From the NCBI GenBank assembly GCA_024704765.1, contig JAKMXF010000040.1:1-58311 (forward strand): a stretch of DNA of 58,311 nucleotides, read 5' to 3'. The notes under the pieces were generated by a model that had not been told where the DNA came from, did not search any database, and saw nothing but the letters and a program-made list of their open reading frames with translations. Within the stretch, counting starts at the first letter, position 1, and the number at the start of each line of letters is the position of its first letter. Made by a program: the position numbers and the translations under genes. This document shows, piece after piece, positions 57,205 to 58,311 of the stretch. The stretch comes from Oopsacas minuta. Taxonomy: Eukaryota; Animalia; Porifera.

Positions 57205-57552
57205 TTTACAAATCTATCTATTTGGTTTATTTCTATATTTCATTTTATTGTATCCCCTTTCTTATCATAACATCTTCACGTATATCTTTACATTATAGTT
57301 ATTCTTGATTAGTTTACTATTTCCTGTTTTGTAGCTTATGTATTGTTTATTCTTTTACTTGTTCGCCAAGAATTCTCAAATATTTTCTATATCCTACTTT
57401 CGTAATATCGAAAGGATATTTAACGTATCCAATGTCAGGAAATTTCCACAATTTCGTATCGTATTGGAGATTTAACACAAGTTTTGTAACAGATAAGTTG
57501 GGCAGAACCGATATTTACCGATAATTATCTGATACAAAGCTTATCATAACAG

Positions 57553-57711
57553 AATATATACAAGAGAATACAGTAGTATCACATTACTATATGTATATCA
57601 GTAATTATATAACTTGATGTTATTCTGATTTATATATTTCTGTTTTTATTATAATATTTCATTCTACTAAAGATATTTCTAAATATTTATTGTTTTAATT
57701 CAAGCTTTTAG
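57553..57711 (+). repeat. Exon-like dispersed repeat, copy 7 (plus strand)
   Basis: ACAG|AATATA ... TTTTAG|GTGAGT. Confidence 0.8.
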
Positions 57712-58311
57712 GTGAGTAGTTTCTTTATTCTAACTGTTGCTGTTCAATTTTCACCCAAAATGTTCGCAGGGAAGCATAGCTTACTTGTTATTCGCAATAA
57801 CTTTATCTTTCTATTATCAGTTAACGACTCATGTGATACTCATACGTAATATCCATTCTATATATCTAGTCATGGCTACTATAATACTGCTATACATGCT
57901 GCCAAATCATACATAGTATAAGATAAGAGTTTATATATTTCATAAAAGAATAATTTCAGCCCCAATATTTCGAATTGAACCTTTTCAGAGTAATGACATC
58001 CAAGGAATCAATATAGACTGCTTAAAATGAAGAAACAGTCATCTTCATCAAGTTTAGGGGCAATTATGCGATGATGTGTTCATTTATACCACTCTAGTGT
58101 TTTCATTTTGTGTACCAACGACACGTAATATCCTAATTGATTTTAGGATATTTGATTTGTTCATTTACTTTACAATTAAGATAATCCAAGTTCAAAAAAG
58201 ATAGCTTATTATAGTAAAGATTTCGCAATTTATAACTTGTACATGAAAAATATATTTCTAAAAATCCATTTATGAAATAATCGGAGCAACATATGAAGAC
58301 GTGATGACGTA

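Noticed and set aside
1-58311. rRNA, tRNA or prokaryotic/phage genes
   Set aside because: No cloverleaf, rRNA-like conserved segment or operon-like gene packing was found by inspection. A covariance-model scan (tRNAscan-SE/Infernal) was not run.

Overview
AT-rich animal genomic DNA with short GT-AG introns. There is no prokaryotic operon structure, and no rRNA, tRNA or CRISPR array was found. The gene content resembles a sponge, most like a glass sponge such as Oopsacas (inference only; no database search was run). The first ~10.5 kb is ordinary gene space: exon 1 of a Gq-class G-alpha, an intronless ucpB/UCP-like mitochondrial carrier, an orphan 7TM-like protein, a spliced ubiquitin-like gene missed by the ORF track, and a coiled-coil+NHL protein. 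The other ~48 kb is a birth-and-death array of nine short intronless NHL beta-propeller genes in two subfamilies (MATSNP.. and MATAIT..). Four are intact, two are broken by a single lesion, and three are fragments. The array is interleaved with an 8-exon Ig/FN3 type-I membrane protein gene and many DNA transposons. These include two intron-containing Gypsy-integrase (Ginger-like) elements with different C-terminal cysteine proteases (USP-like and Ulp1-like), a Mutator-like/PHD transposase relic, MULE, P-element-like and OTU relics, and several MITEs. Highlights: (1) a Ginger-like integrase fused to a USP-type protease; (2) an open spliced Ginger1-like ORF whose ACA|CCGG end abuts a perfect 144-bp inverted duplication of a host gene start; (3) paralog variation concentrated on one face of the NHL propeller; (4) a repeated non-coding exon-like module plus 3' splice sites just upstream of many start codons; (5) a Tn5/Nextera adapter remnant that breaks the last NHL gene, which suggests some lesions here are assembly artefacts. 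All domain calls are by motif recognition, not by HMM search.
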